This document shows, one piece after another, positions 27,860 to 39,738 of a stretch of 64,000 nucleotides of DNA. The translations under genes and the position numbers were made by a program. Source of the DNA: Curvularia clavata (lineage: Eukaryota). Numbering within the stretch: position 1 is the first letter of the stretch; every line of letters starts with the position of its first letter. The DNA lies in assembly GCA_023920165.1 (NCBI GenBank), contig CP089274.1, positions 2,976,001-3,040,000 on the forward strand, in the 5' to 3' direction. The notes below the pieces were generated by a model, which saw nothing but the letters and a program-made list of their open reading frames with translations, was not told the origin of the DNA and ran no database searches.

Positions 27860-30800
27860 TCAAATAGCACCAACGTCCAGACCCTCGCGCGCCAACGTCT
27901 CAAATACCCGTGGCGGCAACTTGTACTTGATCAGGCCAGCAAACACCATCAGGTCCTTAGCCTTTTGCAGCAGCTGGTCGGCAAGCACCTTGCGCATTTG
28001 GTCCTCAAACTGCCCAGACAGAAGATGTTCACGATGCCTCGCGCAGCACTTGATGCACCACAGCAGCACATTGCCAATGTTCCGCGATATCTCCTGGGGA
28101 TACGAGTTGAAGCTGTTGGCTGCGGCCCGAATGTCGCTGACGTTTCCTGCAGCCGACAATGGGAGGATGCGGAGATTCTCAATTTGCTAATACAACGGTT
28201 AGTCCATGCTAGTCTGGCTCAAGGATCCAGAAACTTACTCCGAGTGCTGCCATCCAGTCGCCAGCGTTGACAACATTCTTGGCGTTGTTGAGCTGGAACA
28301 AGATACCAACCGTCTCACGGTTCACCTGCGAAACCTTCCTCCACCACAAACTGTTTGCGTTGTATAAAGCGAGCACTTTCTTGGCCAGCTCCACAGGATC
28401 GTCTGTTCCAAGCATGCTTAGACTTGACGATGCACCAGACTGCTGCTGCTGTTGCTCCGACTCGGCTGCCGTCAACCGTGGCTTGAGTGGTTCCAGACGA
28501 AGTGGCTCTTGGCCAAGCTCCACCGAAAGTGCCTCAGCAAGCGCTCGGTTGAGAATGGTAACCACACTGTCGTACTCTCCAGCCAAGTGGCATAGCAAGA
28601 TGGCATCGTTGATGCGTCCGTTGTCGTCTGCCATCCTTGCCGCTTCCCGTGTAATGGTGTTGAGTAAGCCGGTTTCGCCATCAAGTTTGAGTAACGGCAC
28701 ACGTTCCTGGATAAGTCCAGGCGTCGTCTGCCCGTTCGATTTGACGTCGCCAAGCAATGTGGAAAACTCGCGTGTCTCGAGGACAAGCTCACGTAGTGCC
28801 TCGTGGCACAGCTCGGCTTGCTGCCTGCCTGCTTCGCCCGGGAGATCTGCATTCATGCAAATCAGCACCAGGTAGTCGGCTGCAGCATCCGCTCGAGCAG
28901 CTCGGAAGTCACTAGTGTAGTAGCCGACCACGCGGCCAAAGTTGAGCTGTGGTTGTTGTCGTGTCGTGTAGGTCAAAATCTCGCCCCCAGCTGTTGTCCA
29001 GTCCGAAACTCGCAAAAGCCCATAGTAGTCGAGAGCAATTGCAAAATGAACCGCAGAGACGTAGTTGTGAGTGTAGAGATAGTTGACGGCTGGCTCGAAC
29101 AGACCAGCAAGCGTAGCCAGATAGAAATAGACTCCATATCCGCCGGCAGACTCAGCAGCGTCGTTCATGAAGTGACGTTGACCAATGTCCTTGATAGTGC
29201 TTCGGAGTTCCTCCAAACCAAAAATCTCGCCAGCATTTTCTTCGGCTCTGTTGCCTTCGCGAGCCAAGTTGAACTGCAGCCATACCCAGTCGTCCATGGT
29301 CTCTTTGATAGGCTCCAAATTGCGCTTGCTCATGTCACACCGACCGACAATCTTGTAGCAGGCCATGCGGTAGGGATCCTCGGGTGTTTTTAATCGAGTC
29401 CTTTGGGCGTGCGTGTGCGCCACCTTTTGTTGCGTATCCGGGCTCAACCTACGATCAGGGTCCGTGGCATACTGTGTGATTGCCGATTGGAAATTTCGGT
29501 CGGTGTTCTGGAAAAAGTTCCTCTTCTCTCGGACATACTCTGCAGCTTCAGTCAAGAGACCACCCCTTAGCAAGAAGAAGATGATGATCCATGGGAACTC
29601 ATCGCCAGCTTCGCCTATTTTTTGGAACGATTCGGTGTCCGCACCAAGCTCCTTGAACGCAGCCTTGGCTCTCACAAAGCCGCGAATCTTGTTCAGCATA
29701 GATGGAACTCCGCCAACAAGCGCTTCCGATGGATTTTTTCGCAGAACCTCGTCCACCTGGTCCAAGAACTTGCTCTCTAGATATTTGCGAGACCCATCCA
29801 GTATGCGCTTCCGCATCCGCACACTGGCAACAGAGTTGGGTTGGTCGTCCAGGTAGTCCTTGGCGAAGCTCCTTTCCTTTGGCTGATTTGAGCCTGGATT
29901 GGATGCTTCTGCCTCAGTCTTCTCACCAGTAATAGAAATGAGTGCTCCGTATGCGTTGATGAAATGATCCGAGTACTCGGAGCCAGCCACTTTCTCAACA
30001 TCAGAGAACGAGTGCAATACTGAGAACGAGTTCTCTCGCAGTCTTGCTTCGTTGAGTCTCTTGACCTCGTCCATGTATCGCTCTTGTTTGTCTCGTGCAT
30101 AGCGATCCTGAGGCCCGACTTGGCCGCCCATTGCGGACTTGTCAGAGCTATCTCGGCCACCCAGGACGCTCTGAGAAGCGCCAAGGACAGGCGGTCCAGC
30201 AGCAGAGGCGCCAAAAGTGGATCGCCCATTGACCGACGCACTGTTTGGGCCCATGGAACGCCCCTTGCGTGCTGTCGCGCGTCCAAAAGCTCCTCTAGCT
30301 GTGCTGCCGAAGGCGCTTTGAGAAGCGGCCATGTCTTCGCTTTGTCTGCCTAGGCCAAAATGCTCGTAGATCCTCTGTCGCTGCTTGTCCCATTCAATCT
30401 GAACATTATCCTCGAGGAACGTGTCGAAGTCGCGTTTGGACTGCTCTAAGCCTTCTTGAATGAGTGCTAGCGTAGATTGCGAATGCAAGTTTGAGATGTA
30501 GCCATCAACGTCGTTATCGAACAAATTTTGAGCCTGGCCCGGGGCAGCGAGGCCTGCCTGAGAAGAAAACTGGTTGAGATCGCGGAGGGTGCTGCCCATC
30601 TTCACGCCAGAAGCGGAGAGAAGGTAATGACTAATAAGTGTCAGTACAAATCAACCTGCTATTCGCATATCCAACTTACGCAGCGCGGTCTTGAGCGCGA
30701 TCCTGAACCTGATCGGCGGAAGGCCCTCCAGAACCCAAGTTTCGCACCTTGCGTGCAATGTCTCCAAGGCCCAACTGCAGCGAAGGTAGCTCGTCAAAGT

Positions 30801-31341
30801 TGCTGGTGCCATTTTCGCCAGCGTTTCGCTTTCGTCCTCTTTCCAAAAGATGGTCGAAATGGGCTGAGCGACCAGAGCCTCCGTTCGCCTGAATTAGTGA
30901 CGCGCCCTGCTGCTGTTGCTGTTGGGGCTGCTGCTGAGTCGAGGTCGTATTGAAAAGCGAGGACTGGCCAAGACCGGTCGTTTGCTGCGCGTTGTTCGTA
31001 GTTGATTGCGATGCCGGGTTGCTGAATAACGAGAAGCCTCCTGTTTGTTGCTGCGATTGGGGCTGCTGTTGCGAGGTTGAAGCTGCGCCAGCAAACAGAG
31101 AGGGCGTCGTAGTAGCAGCCGGCTTTGCTCCACCAAGACCACCGAACAGACTGCCCCCTAGAGCGCTGCCGCTTGTTGCTTGTGTCGTGCCGGATTGCGC
31201 ATTCGATGTACCTCCGCCTAGATTGCCAAACAAACCTGATGTGGTGCCGCTTGATGCACCTCCTGCTGTTCCAAACAGTCCTCCGCCCGAAGTGCCACTC
31301 GAAGCGGGCTGCGAGGCTCCAAGATTTCCGAACAGCGACAT
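27860..31341 (-). CDS. NIC96: Nucleoporin Nic96/Nup93 with low-complexity LFG-containing N-terminus, 3 exons
   Basis: MSLFGNLG...; LPSLQLGLGDIARKVRNLG; AHYLLSASG; WIIIFFLLRGG; DPYRMACYKIVGRC; DWVWLQF; AVHFAIALDYYGLL; RELVLETREFSTLLGD. Introns at about 30631-30679 and 28186-28238. Confidence 0.92.
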
Positions 31342-31810
31342 TGTGGTTGCGTTGAGCGGTGTTGTTGATGGTGCCGAAAACAAACCTGGAGAAACGAGAT
31401 CGCGTTGAATGAGGAAAGCTCGGACACTTTTATCCCTGCCACTCCAGGAACCGCGTCTGGCTTACTACTATCGGGTTCCACTGTTAAGGTGTTTGGCAGA
31501 TCACATACTCAACGACGTTCAGAAGCCTTGTGCTGTGCAACCTGGAAGGAATTGGTCATGTATTTTCAAGAGAAGCTCATGGATCTCACATGCACCTGTG
31601 ATTGCGTGGGACGCAACGAAAACATTCGTATATCTTGGTAACGTGTACAAACATCTATTCTAATAACTATCACATTACCCTCAACCGAACATATATGTCA
31701 GGTCAATTCAGCAAACATCATAAGTATAAAACCTTGAGAAAATTTAGTAAGATCACAGCACTCGCAAAGGCTCGCCCCATCACCTCACATTCACGACCAA
31801 CCTTTGCAAC

Positions 31811-32428
31811 ATGGGCAGAACTCCCTTGCCTGACCCTCCCATATTTGAACCCGCGCTTGACGGGTTCAGACATGAAACGGCGACGTTTTATCGCGACTCG
31901 TTCCAGCAAGGATGGTACCAGGACGGCCGCAGACTGCGACATGTGAAGGCCTCAAAGGCTTTCATCTGGCCCAAAGATGGCAAGAATGGTTCGTCATGGG
32001 GTCGTCTCAAAGACGTCTTCCAGAACAAAGGACCTGACGTGTACGTCGCGTTTGGCGCCCGCCCAACAGACTGCGTATCGAATCGTCCCCCTCGGTCACA
32101 ATGGGCGGGACATTCCCATCTTGACGACCGCAGCATGAAATACAGCTTCAACTCGGAGAAGTTCGCCCCCTGGACAAAGAGCAACTTGCTTGGTGGACGA
32201 GAATATGGCCTAAGCTACGATTTCCGAACCAGAAAACACTCGAGACCGAATCGATGGATGTGGACGGATGCGATCTGGCAGCAGGAGCCGTACAAGAACA
32301 GGAAGGCGAACAGCTATCCAGAAGCCTTGCGGACGATGAGTGGGCTCTGGTGCCAGGACACACAATATCTGCCAGAGTGTTTAGGTGGATACTTCGATAA
32401 CGAGTTTGGGTTTGGGCTTCCGTTCTAG
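31811..32428 (+). CDS. Hypothetical protein, 205 aa, single exon, rich in W/R/Y
   Basis: Clean ATG-to-TAG ORF in good context (GCAACATGG) filling the gap between NIC96 and MED27; no recognised domain. Confidence 0.7.
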   Translation: MGRTPLPDPPIFEPALDGFRHETATFYRDSFQQGWYQDGRRLRHVKASKAFIWPKDGKNGSSWGRLKDVFQNKGPDVYVAFGARPTDCVSNRPPRSQWAGHSHLDDRSMKYSFNSEKFAPWTKSNLLGGREYGLSYDFRTRKHSRPNRWMWTDAIWQQEPYKNRKANSYPEALRTMSGLWCQDTQYLPECLGGYFDNEFGFGLPF

Positions 32429-32493
32429 CATTTCCGTCAATCCGACTCTTATTCAGTCACAGCTCACGACGACCGGATACGCATTGAACCTGG

Positions 32494-33499
32494 TCATTCA
32501 AGGCAGCCCTCATGTAGCGCCACCCAGGTTGTATCCTGGCTTTCACCTGTAGCAGCAGTTTGCGTTTTCCTTCGTGCAGTAGGCGGCAGTGCAGCGCTAT
32601 CGAGCATCTTTTTGCACTTGTCACAAGAGGTTCCTTTGACGGTTTTGTATGCAGCAATCATGTCCTACACTAATTAATACACGTATACATGGTATATTTG
32701 ATGCAGCATTGGTGATTCTAACGTACCAATAGATAGTTCAAATCGTTGACATGTGGCCGTGATGCAACGCACCGTGTGATCGACAAACAAGGCTCCGCTG
32801 TCCCCAGACAGTCTGCAGTGAGTTTGTGACGATCGTTTGCTTCACGTTCGATAGCGATACGGAATTTGAGAATAAGAGAGCCGGCAACGAAACGCATCTA
32901 TCGTAAAGGTGAGCCAAGTGGTCATTTCAAGCGGAGCGAGACCCGTACATGGATGCTGTGGTCATCGTCATTCATCTCAATTTTGAGGTTTGGGTGAGTA
33001 TTGCGGAACTCAGCAACCACGCGAGAGATATCATTGTCTGTGAATATGGCTCCAGAATCCTCGACTTTGTCGCTACGAGTCCTGCTCGTGGACTTTTTTG
33101 CTTCCCTCTCCCTTTCGACCCAGCCGTGGGAGGGAATGGAAGCGCTCTCAGATAGGTCGGGGTTTGCGCCAAAGCTCTGCTTGACATGTTCAAATGTGCT
33201 CTGTACTTCAGGGAGCTTCCATCGATCCTTGAGCGCATTGAGTCCGCTTTGAGAACTTACTACGCCCTGGGCGTATAACTTGTATGTGGATGCATTTGGG
33301 GGCTGGTGGAAAGGCTCGATTATCCGTGGAATCGCTAGACGCAGGTCGTCAATCTGCAAATTGTCAGTTTACAGACCAAGAATGAATCCAGACCCCTATG
33401 TACCTGTGTCTGTAGCTGTTCCAGCTGGGCGAGCGCCGCTGTACATTGTGCTTCGTCCCAGCCGGTGCCTGGCTGCACCGTAGTATCGGAAGCGTCCAT
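32494..33499 (-). CDS. MED27: Mediator complex subunit 27, 4 exons
   Basis: MDASDTT...WDEAQCTAALAQLEQLQTQ|IDDLRLAIPRII...; last exon DMIAAYK...CDKCKKML...LPPTARR...WVALHEGC matches the Med27 Zn-binding C-terminal pattern; three GT-AG introns join in frame. Confidence 0.8.
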
Positions 33500-33851
33500 A
33501 TGAATTTAGTGAAGAAAGAATAAGTTAATAAATCGCAATAGGCGTGCAACAGGAATATAGATATGTTCAGGAGATACGAAGGGACGTAGCGTGACCAGGA
33601 GGGGTGGTGGGCGGTCTATCTGCGTTGGCGCATTGAAGTTCAAAAGCGCATTCTCCGGCTCCGGGACGCTCGACAATAGGCAGCTCGGACCCTTCCCCGT
33701 CGTCTTCTCCACACATTGTCGCGTTTTCACGTGGCCGCGCTCGCTTCAGACAGCAGGACATGGGACGACGGTTTCGAACTCGTGTATACAATTAAAACCT
33801 GCTTGCGCTACTAAAACAACATTATTATGTACAGTATCCGCCCCTGCCCGT

Positions 33852-35434
33852 CTAGAGTCTTGACTTTTCCTTGACCACTTTTTCCTGAGGTCCGACCAGC
33901 GGATCGTAGACATTCAAGCCCAGCGTATCGTGCGGTACCGGTGCCGTGTGCATGCTCAGGCCCCTTGTGTCAAGCATCGAGGGGTTCAGGTCGGCGATGC
34001 TCGAAGCCCCAATAAGGCGCATGTTCATTTCCATTTCATCTTTCAGCAGCTGCATGGCGCGATCCACACCTGGGAGGCCATAGGCAGACATGGCATACAG
34101 GAAGGGTCGGCCGATGCCAACGCCCTTGGCACCCAGTGCCACAGCTTTGATAATGTCTGTCGCTCGTCGAACGCCACCGTCAATGTAGACCTCGATGCGA
34201 TCCTGCCAGCCGCGTGCACGAAGAACTGGCATAACTTCGGCAAGTACCTCGACGCCAGAGCGGGCAAAATCCAGCTGGCGGCCGCCGTGATTGGAGAGAA
34301 CAACACCTTCGACACCAATCTCGACGGCACGGATTACGTCCTCGACGCATTGCACGCCCTTGAGAATGATGGGCATCTTGGTGATGCTCCTGAACCATGG
34401 GATGTCCTTCCAACTGAGGCTCGGGTCAATAAAGGACGAGATGGCCCGTGCAGCGCCTTGACTTCGGTCCACATTGTCACCGCTCGTGCTCTGGACGTTG
34501 CTGCCAACATCGTCGAATTTGCTTCGCATATCTTTTTCGCGACGGCCGAGCTGTGGCGCATCGACGGTGATGAAGAGACCCTTGCAGCCGCGCCTCTCTG
34601 CGTGCTGCACGATGCGCTTGGTGACTTCGCGGTCCTTGTTGACGTAGAGCTGGAGCCATTGGCACTGGCCGTCCTTTGCCTCGTCAACAATCTCGTCGAA
34701 CGAGCAGGAGGCCAGGGTGGGGATCATCTGGATCACGTTGTGCTTGTGTGCGCCACGGGTGAGGATGACCTCGCCCTCTGGGTTGCCGAGCTTGCCCAAT
34801 GCCGTTGCAGTCACGTAGAAGGGGATGTCGACCTTTGTGCCGAGCATTGTGGTGGACATGTCGACTTTCTCGACGTCGACGAGCACGCGCGGGCGGAACC
34901 AGATCTTGTGGAATGCGCTGTGGTTCTCGCGCAGAGTCTGTGCAAGTGTGAGCTCCGGGAATAACAGGGCTGGGATCCAAGGGGACTCACAATCTCGTCG
35001 TCGGCACCGCTGGAGTAGTATGCCCACGCCGTCTTCTTCATGACCCTGCGCGCCACGGCCTCAAAGTCCATGAGGTTGTAACATTGCTCGAGAATTGGCA
35101 TGCGCTCGATGCGCTTTTGCCTCTCCTCCTCCTCCGGGTCAAACTCCTTTGCCTCTTGCTGAACCGTATTCATGTCGACCTCGCCCAGGTGTTTGGACTT
35201 GTCGAGGTACTTGTCGAGCGTGTCGGGCGGGTGGATGGGCTCGTAGGCTTCGGTGGCATCCTTGCCGGCGTACTTGAGAATGATTTTGGAGCCGCCGGGG
35301 TGCTCAGGCAGGAATTCGGTGACATCGTAGGCGCGCCCGTGGACAATGACCCAGCACGAGTCGCTGTTGTTGTGTGCAGCGACCTGCTCGCCGGAGAGCT
35401 TGTGCTTCTGCGTGTTGTTGCTGTCGTGGTTCAT
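33852..35434 (-). CDS. CYB2: Flavocytochrome b2-like L-2-hydroxyacid dehydrogenase (cytochrome b5 domain plus FMN domain) with C-terminal SRL, 2 exons
   Basis: CWVIVHGRAYDVTEFLPEHPGG...IHPP (heme His pair); YYSSGA; WLQLY; TVDAP; ILKG; SNHGGRQLD; DGGVRRATD; intron 34938-34990. Confidence 0.92.
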
Positions 35435-36224
35435 GGCTGGGAGAGGATGGGTAATTGCAAGCACGGGGATAGGCCAGAAAAATATATGGGTATGTAGATA
35501 TCTATGTATGTATCAGCGGCAGACGCCGGGTGGTGACGGCGTGGCGCGCAACAGCGTATCTGCCGTACTAGCTCGGTACATGTCTGCCCGGGCCAAAGGC
35601 ATGTTCGCATCGAGTATCCCGACATGGCATGTCGTCGGACGCGCTGCAACAAGGCCGATTCAAGAGTACCGCCGCCGAAACGCGGGGAAGCCGGTCTGCG
35701 CTGCTCGTCACCCTCGCACTGCCCTCGCACCGCACACGGCACGCACGCAAGCACGCACACACGCAATCCTCTCTTTCTTTCACGCTCCAAACGGCCATCA
35801 CAGCCTCAATCGCAATGGGCGTCATGGCGGCCAGCGGCGCCCGTCACATGGCGCTCGCAGCCAAGGCCAGGGCTGCAAGCGTCAAACCGCGCGGGAGAGA
35901 GGGCTCCTCGTGCACACGCACACGCACCCACACCAGTCATCCGCCTGGGACGCTCCTCGCGCCTAAAATGTCGCCAGCCTGGCTGCCCCGGTAGTCGTCG
36001 CTCTGCCGCCTTTGTGCTCTGCTCTGCTCTCATCTCGCCGCTGTCGTCGACGACGAATGCGCCATGCCACTGGTCCTGCCGCCAGCCCCCCAACCGCGTC
36101 CCCGTCACTGTCACCTGGCCCGACCCACTGCCCGCCGCTGACCCTTACCCGCACCCGCCCCCACGGCCCTTGTTGCCAGCCCAGCCCCCGTCCTAGTACC
36201 AGGCCAACTCCTCAACCGCCCGCC

Positions 36225-37215
36225 ATGTCGAATAGCCTCGAGGCCAAAATTGTGGTCCTCGGCAGCCAGGGCGTGGGTAAAACCTCGCTCGTCCACCGCT
36301 ACGTCAAGAACGCCTTCACCCCGCCCACCACCCAGTCGACCGTCGGCGCCTCGTTCCTAACAAAGCGCGTCGTCGACATCGACACCTCGACCGTCGTGCG
36401 CCTGCAGATCTGGGACACGGCCGGCCAGGAACGCTTCCGCTCCATATCCAAGCTCTACTACAGAGGTACGCTGCTGCCTTGCCTCGACCACTTCTCGCAA
36501 AAAGCAAGCCCAACCGCTAATCTCGTCCACAGGTGCAAATGCCGCAGTCTTGTGCTATGACATCACAGATCCCCAGTCTTTCGATGAAATGGGCCGCTGG
36601 TTCAAGGAGCTCAAGACCAACCTGGGTGACGACACGATTCTCCATGTCGTAGGCACAAAGTCCGACATCATCGCCGCAGATCCCTCGAAACGCAAGGTTC
36701 CCTTTGAGCGCTGTATCGCCTACGTTGCTGAGAATCTCTACCCCGCACAAACTGCACAGTCGCAGAATCCCCAACCCAATGGCTGGGGCTCTGTCCCAAC
36801 GACGTTCCAGAGCGGCTCCATGGCGTCGCCGCAGAGCAACAGGTCCAGCGGCTTCTGGGGACAAGACATCGGTTGGGACTGCTGTCACGAGATAAGTGCA
36901 AAGGATGGCGAAGGCGTAGACGAAGTCTTCCGCGTCATTACACGCAAGCTGGTCGAGCAGGAGCAGAAGAAGCTCGAAGAGGAGCAGCGGCAACTGACCA
37001 TGGCCGGCGTCACTCCCGCCCTCGACAACAATGGCAACGTGACTGGATACTTTGACTATCCTGGCGCTGCCAACGGTAGCTTCCGCATAGGCGCTGCCGA
37101 CAAGAGACGAAGTTGGCTTGGTTTTCCCACCACTCCTGGTGCCGCTGGACACCAACAAGAGTGGGAGGAAGACATTACCCGAGCACAGAAGAGTAAGAGC
37201 GGAAGGTGTTGCTGA
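36225..37215 (+). CDS. Rab-family GTPase, Rab5/21/24 group, with insertion before G5, 2 exons
   Basis: [34 protein letters not shown]-terminal GRCC prenylation motif; intron 36466-36532. Confidence 0.9.
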
Positions 37216-37796
37216 CTGCACCTCTGCCCACCTCTCCACTAACCCCCCATGCCCGCACACAACAAGCATACCCATCAGCTTCGTTTCGAGATACCCGCCC
37301 CGATCCCTTCACGGCCTCTTTTGTTTGCATGAACCAATGCTTCAACGTGTTTATGTTTGTGTGTGTTCCTTTTTGGTCAAGTCACTCTCCCAACTTCTGA
37401 ATACTTTCCGGGCTCTGTTTCTGTTTTTTCTGTTTTCCTTTTTGTCCACTGTTACGGCATACGGGGTAGCATTTGCATAGTCAAGTACCAGCGAGCATGC
37501 ATTGATTTCCAGATTCAAAAATCCACTTCATCAGTTGCGAACACTTCGCATCACGGCTGGTTCCGAATTTTCAAATTCGTGAGTTTAAATTCTTGAGGTT
37601 TTAATGTAACCATAGCAACAGCATGATGCTCTTGAAAATTCTAAATAGCCATGTCTTCAATCGTCTGAATAAAAAAAAACTCTCCCTTTGTGACGCCCAT
37701 TGTGATATGCTTGAGTATCCTGACTCACAAACTTTACCATCTCTATATGTCGTCCTGCTTGATAACACCACACATTCCTACACGCCCTACTCAATC

Positions 37797-39095
37797 TCAC
37801 TTTGCCCGGTCAAAAACCTTGACACCAAACTTCCACACTTGATCCACCAACAATTTCTTCTCCATATCCACGCCTTCCCAGAGATTCAGTACCACCAAAT
37901 CCGCATCAGCGCCTTCTTGTAGCGTCCCCTTGATGTGTTGCATACCCAACATCTTGGCCGGTGTCTCTGTAACGGCCTTGAGTGCTTCGGGCACACTGGC
38001 GCCAGTCCAATTGACAAAGTTGGTCACGCAGTCGATGAGCTGGATGCTGCTCCCGGCAATCTTTCCATTTTCCTCAAGCGTCAGCAGCGGCCCTTGTTTG
38101 ATGATACGCGACCCGTTGGTCCAATCATATGTTCCATCTGGCATGCCAGCCAAGCGCATCGCATCGGTAACGAGGATGAGGCCTTCAGGATGGGCGTTCC
38201 ATGCAATCTTGATCGATGTTGGGTGGAGGTGGATGCCGTCGGCGATGATGCCAAAGTAGGGTTTGCGTATCGACGAGGACGGTGTGCCCAACAGGCCGAA
38301 GATTCCTGGGTTCCGGTGGTGCAGGGGCTGCATGGCGTTGAACAGGTGAGTTATCATGCCTGCGCCTTCTTTGATGCTTGCCTTTGCTTCTTCGTATGTT
38401 GCCTCGGAATGCCCAATCGAGACGACAATGCCTCGATCAGTGAGTGGTTGGATAGACTCGAGGGCACCTCGAAGTTCGGGGGCAAGTGTTATGAGTTTGA
38501 CGGATGAAGATGAGTGTAGGTTTCCAGCTCCGTAACAGGCTTCCAGGTCGGAAATGCCGTTTGTGGGTTCGCAGAGGATAGATGCGTTGTGGATGCCATT
38601 CTTGGTCGGGTTTAGGAACGGTCCTTCGCAATGGGCACCAAGAGATTCCGACCCGAGTGATGGATCGCGAGCGGCACCGGATGGGCCCAGGAACGGCAAA
38701 GCCTTGTGGTAAACCTCAGATGGTTGTGAAGTCAGCGTTGGGAGGTAGGATGTGACGCCAGTCGACGCCAGTCTTCGATTGACTTGCAGAACTCCTTTCC
38801 CGTAGGCCACTGTCCCTTCATCTGGTATGACGGAAAAGTCAAAGCCATATGCACCGTTGAGTTGTGTATCAATGAGGCCTGGCGAAAGGATGCGGCCACC
38901 CAGGTCGACAATCTCGTCTGGTGCAGTTCGATGTTCGTAGAGTAGTTCTTGACCATTTAAAATCTTCCCACTCGTTGAGCTCACCCACAGGTCTTCATTG
39001 ACCAATGCATTGCCTTTTACCAGCAAGCAGTTGGTGAACTTGATAACGCCAGAAGAGTCTGCCGAAGCAGAGGGCATTGGGGTGATTGAGGGCAT
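37797..39095 (-). CDS. DAC1: N-acetylglucosamine-6-phosphate deacetylase, single exon
   Basis: PGLIDTQLNG, GVTSYLPT, GAHCEGPFL, TLAPE, SIGHS, THLFNAM, IADGIHLHP, LVTDAM, IAGS, GADADLV. Confidence 0.96.
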   Translation of the reverse strand: MPSITPMPSASADSSGVIKFTNCLLVKGNALVNEDLWVSSTSGKILNGQELLYEHRTAPDEIVDLGGRILSPGLIDTQLNGAYGFDFSVIPDEGTVAYGKGVLQVNRRLASTGVTSYLPTLTSQPSEVYHKALPFLGPSGAARDPSLGSESLGAHCEGPFLNPTKNGIHNASILCEPTNGISDLEACYGAGNLHSSSSVKLITLAPELRGALESIQPLTDRGIVVSIGHSEATYEEAKASIKEGAGMITHLFNAMQPLHHRNPGIFGLLGTPSSSIRKPYFGIIADGIHLHPTSIKIAWNAHPEGLILVTDAMRLAGMPDGTYDWTNGSRIIKQGPLLTLEENGKIAGSSIQLIDCVTNFVNWTGASVPEALKAVTETPAKMLGMQHIKGTLQEGADADLVVLNLWEGVDMEKKLLVDQVWKFGVKVFDRAK

Positions 39096-39738
39096 AGGGA
39101 ATGGGAGTGTGATGACTGAGTATCAATCTTGACTAGGTTGTCAAAGAGATTTGTGTATATATGATAACTAGAGAATGTGAAGATAGGCAGAGGATAAAGG
39201 AATGATTGGCTGTGCGCGGTTGAGCAAGCTCAACACCCTTCACAAAATCGACAGCGCCCTACCTGCTACTTCTATGGCGGGCCACAGGCCATGGATGATG
39301 CCATGCTTCCATCAACGGCGGGCAAAGTTGCCTCTGGAAACGTCTGCATGGGCGCACGTTACCGGTTTGCACACGCTGAGTGGATACAAGGAGCAAAGTG
39401 ACACAGCGACGATTGCACCGAGCTACTCGATCCTACCACGATGGTTTCGGCAGCCCTGTGGGGGGTGCCATGTGAGGTAGGATTTCAAGCGTAAGTTGTT
39501 GATAAGAGAGGGACCGAGGAGGTGTAACGATGCGCAGAGAGGCGTGTCACTAGCGGCCCTTGCTAGCCACTCACCCCCGGCTCCGACGACGTGAATGCTA
39601 CGGTGCCATCTTCCCCATCTTTCTATCCACCGTCCGACCGAACACCGTTTGCGAACCGCACCTACGAGTCGGTGCGCCCCCGGAATCTCACGTCGCATCC
39701 ACGACTCGACGCGGCGCCACGCGACAGGCCTTGTCATC

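Noticed and set aside
33930..34964. 344-aa ORF antisense to CYB2, and similar long antisense ORFs over VNX1, PFK, NIC96, DAC1 and NGT1
   Set aside because: Shadow frames expected from GC-rich codon bias on the coding strand; no domain motifs
35500..36220. Several 100-200 aa ORFs in GC-rich promoter regions (also 43000-44000 and 53000-54300)
   Set aside because: Low-complexity R/P/A-rich translations typical of GC-rich intergenic DNA between genes
37213..37242. TGA-CTG stop context of the Rab gene as possible readthrough
   Set aside because: The extension (LHLCPPLH) carries no targeting signal and would mask the CC prenylation motif; no support
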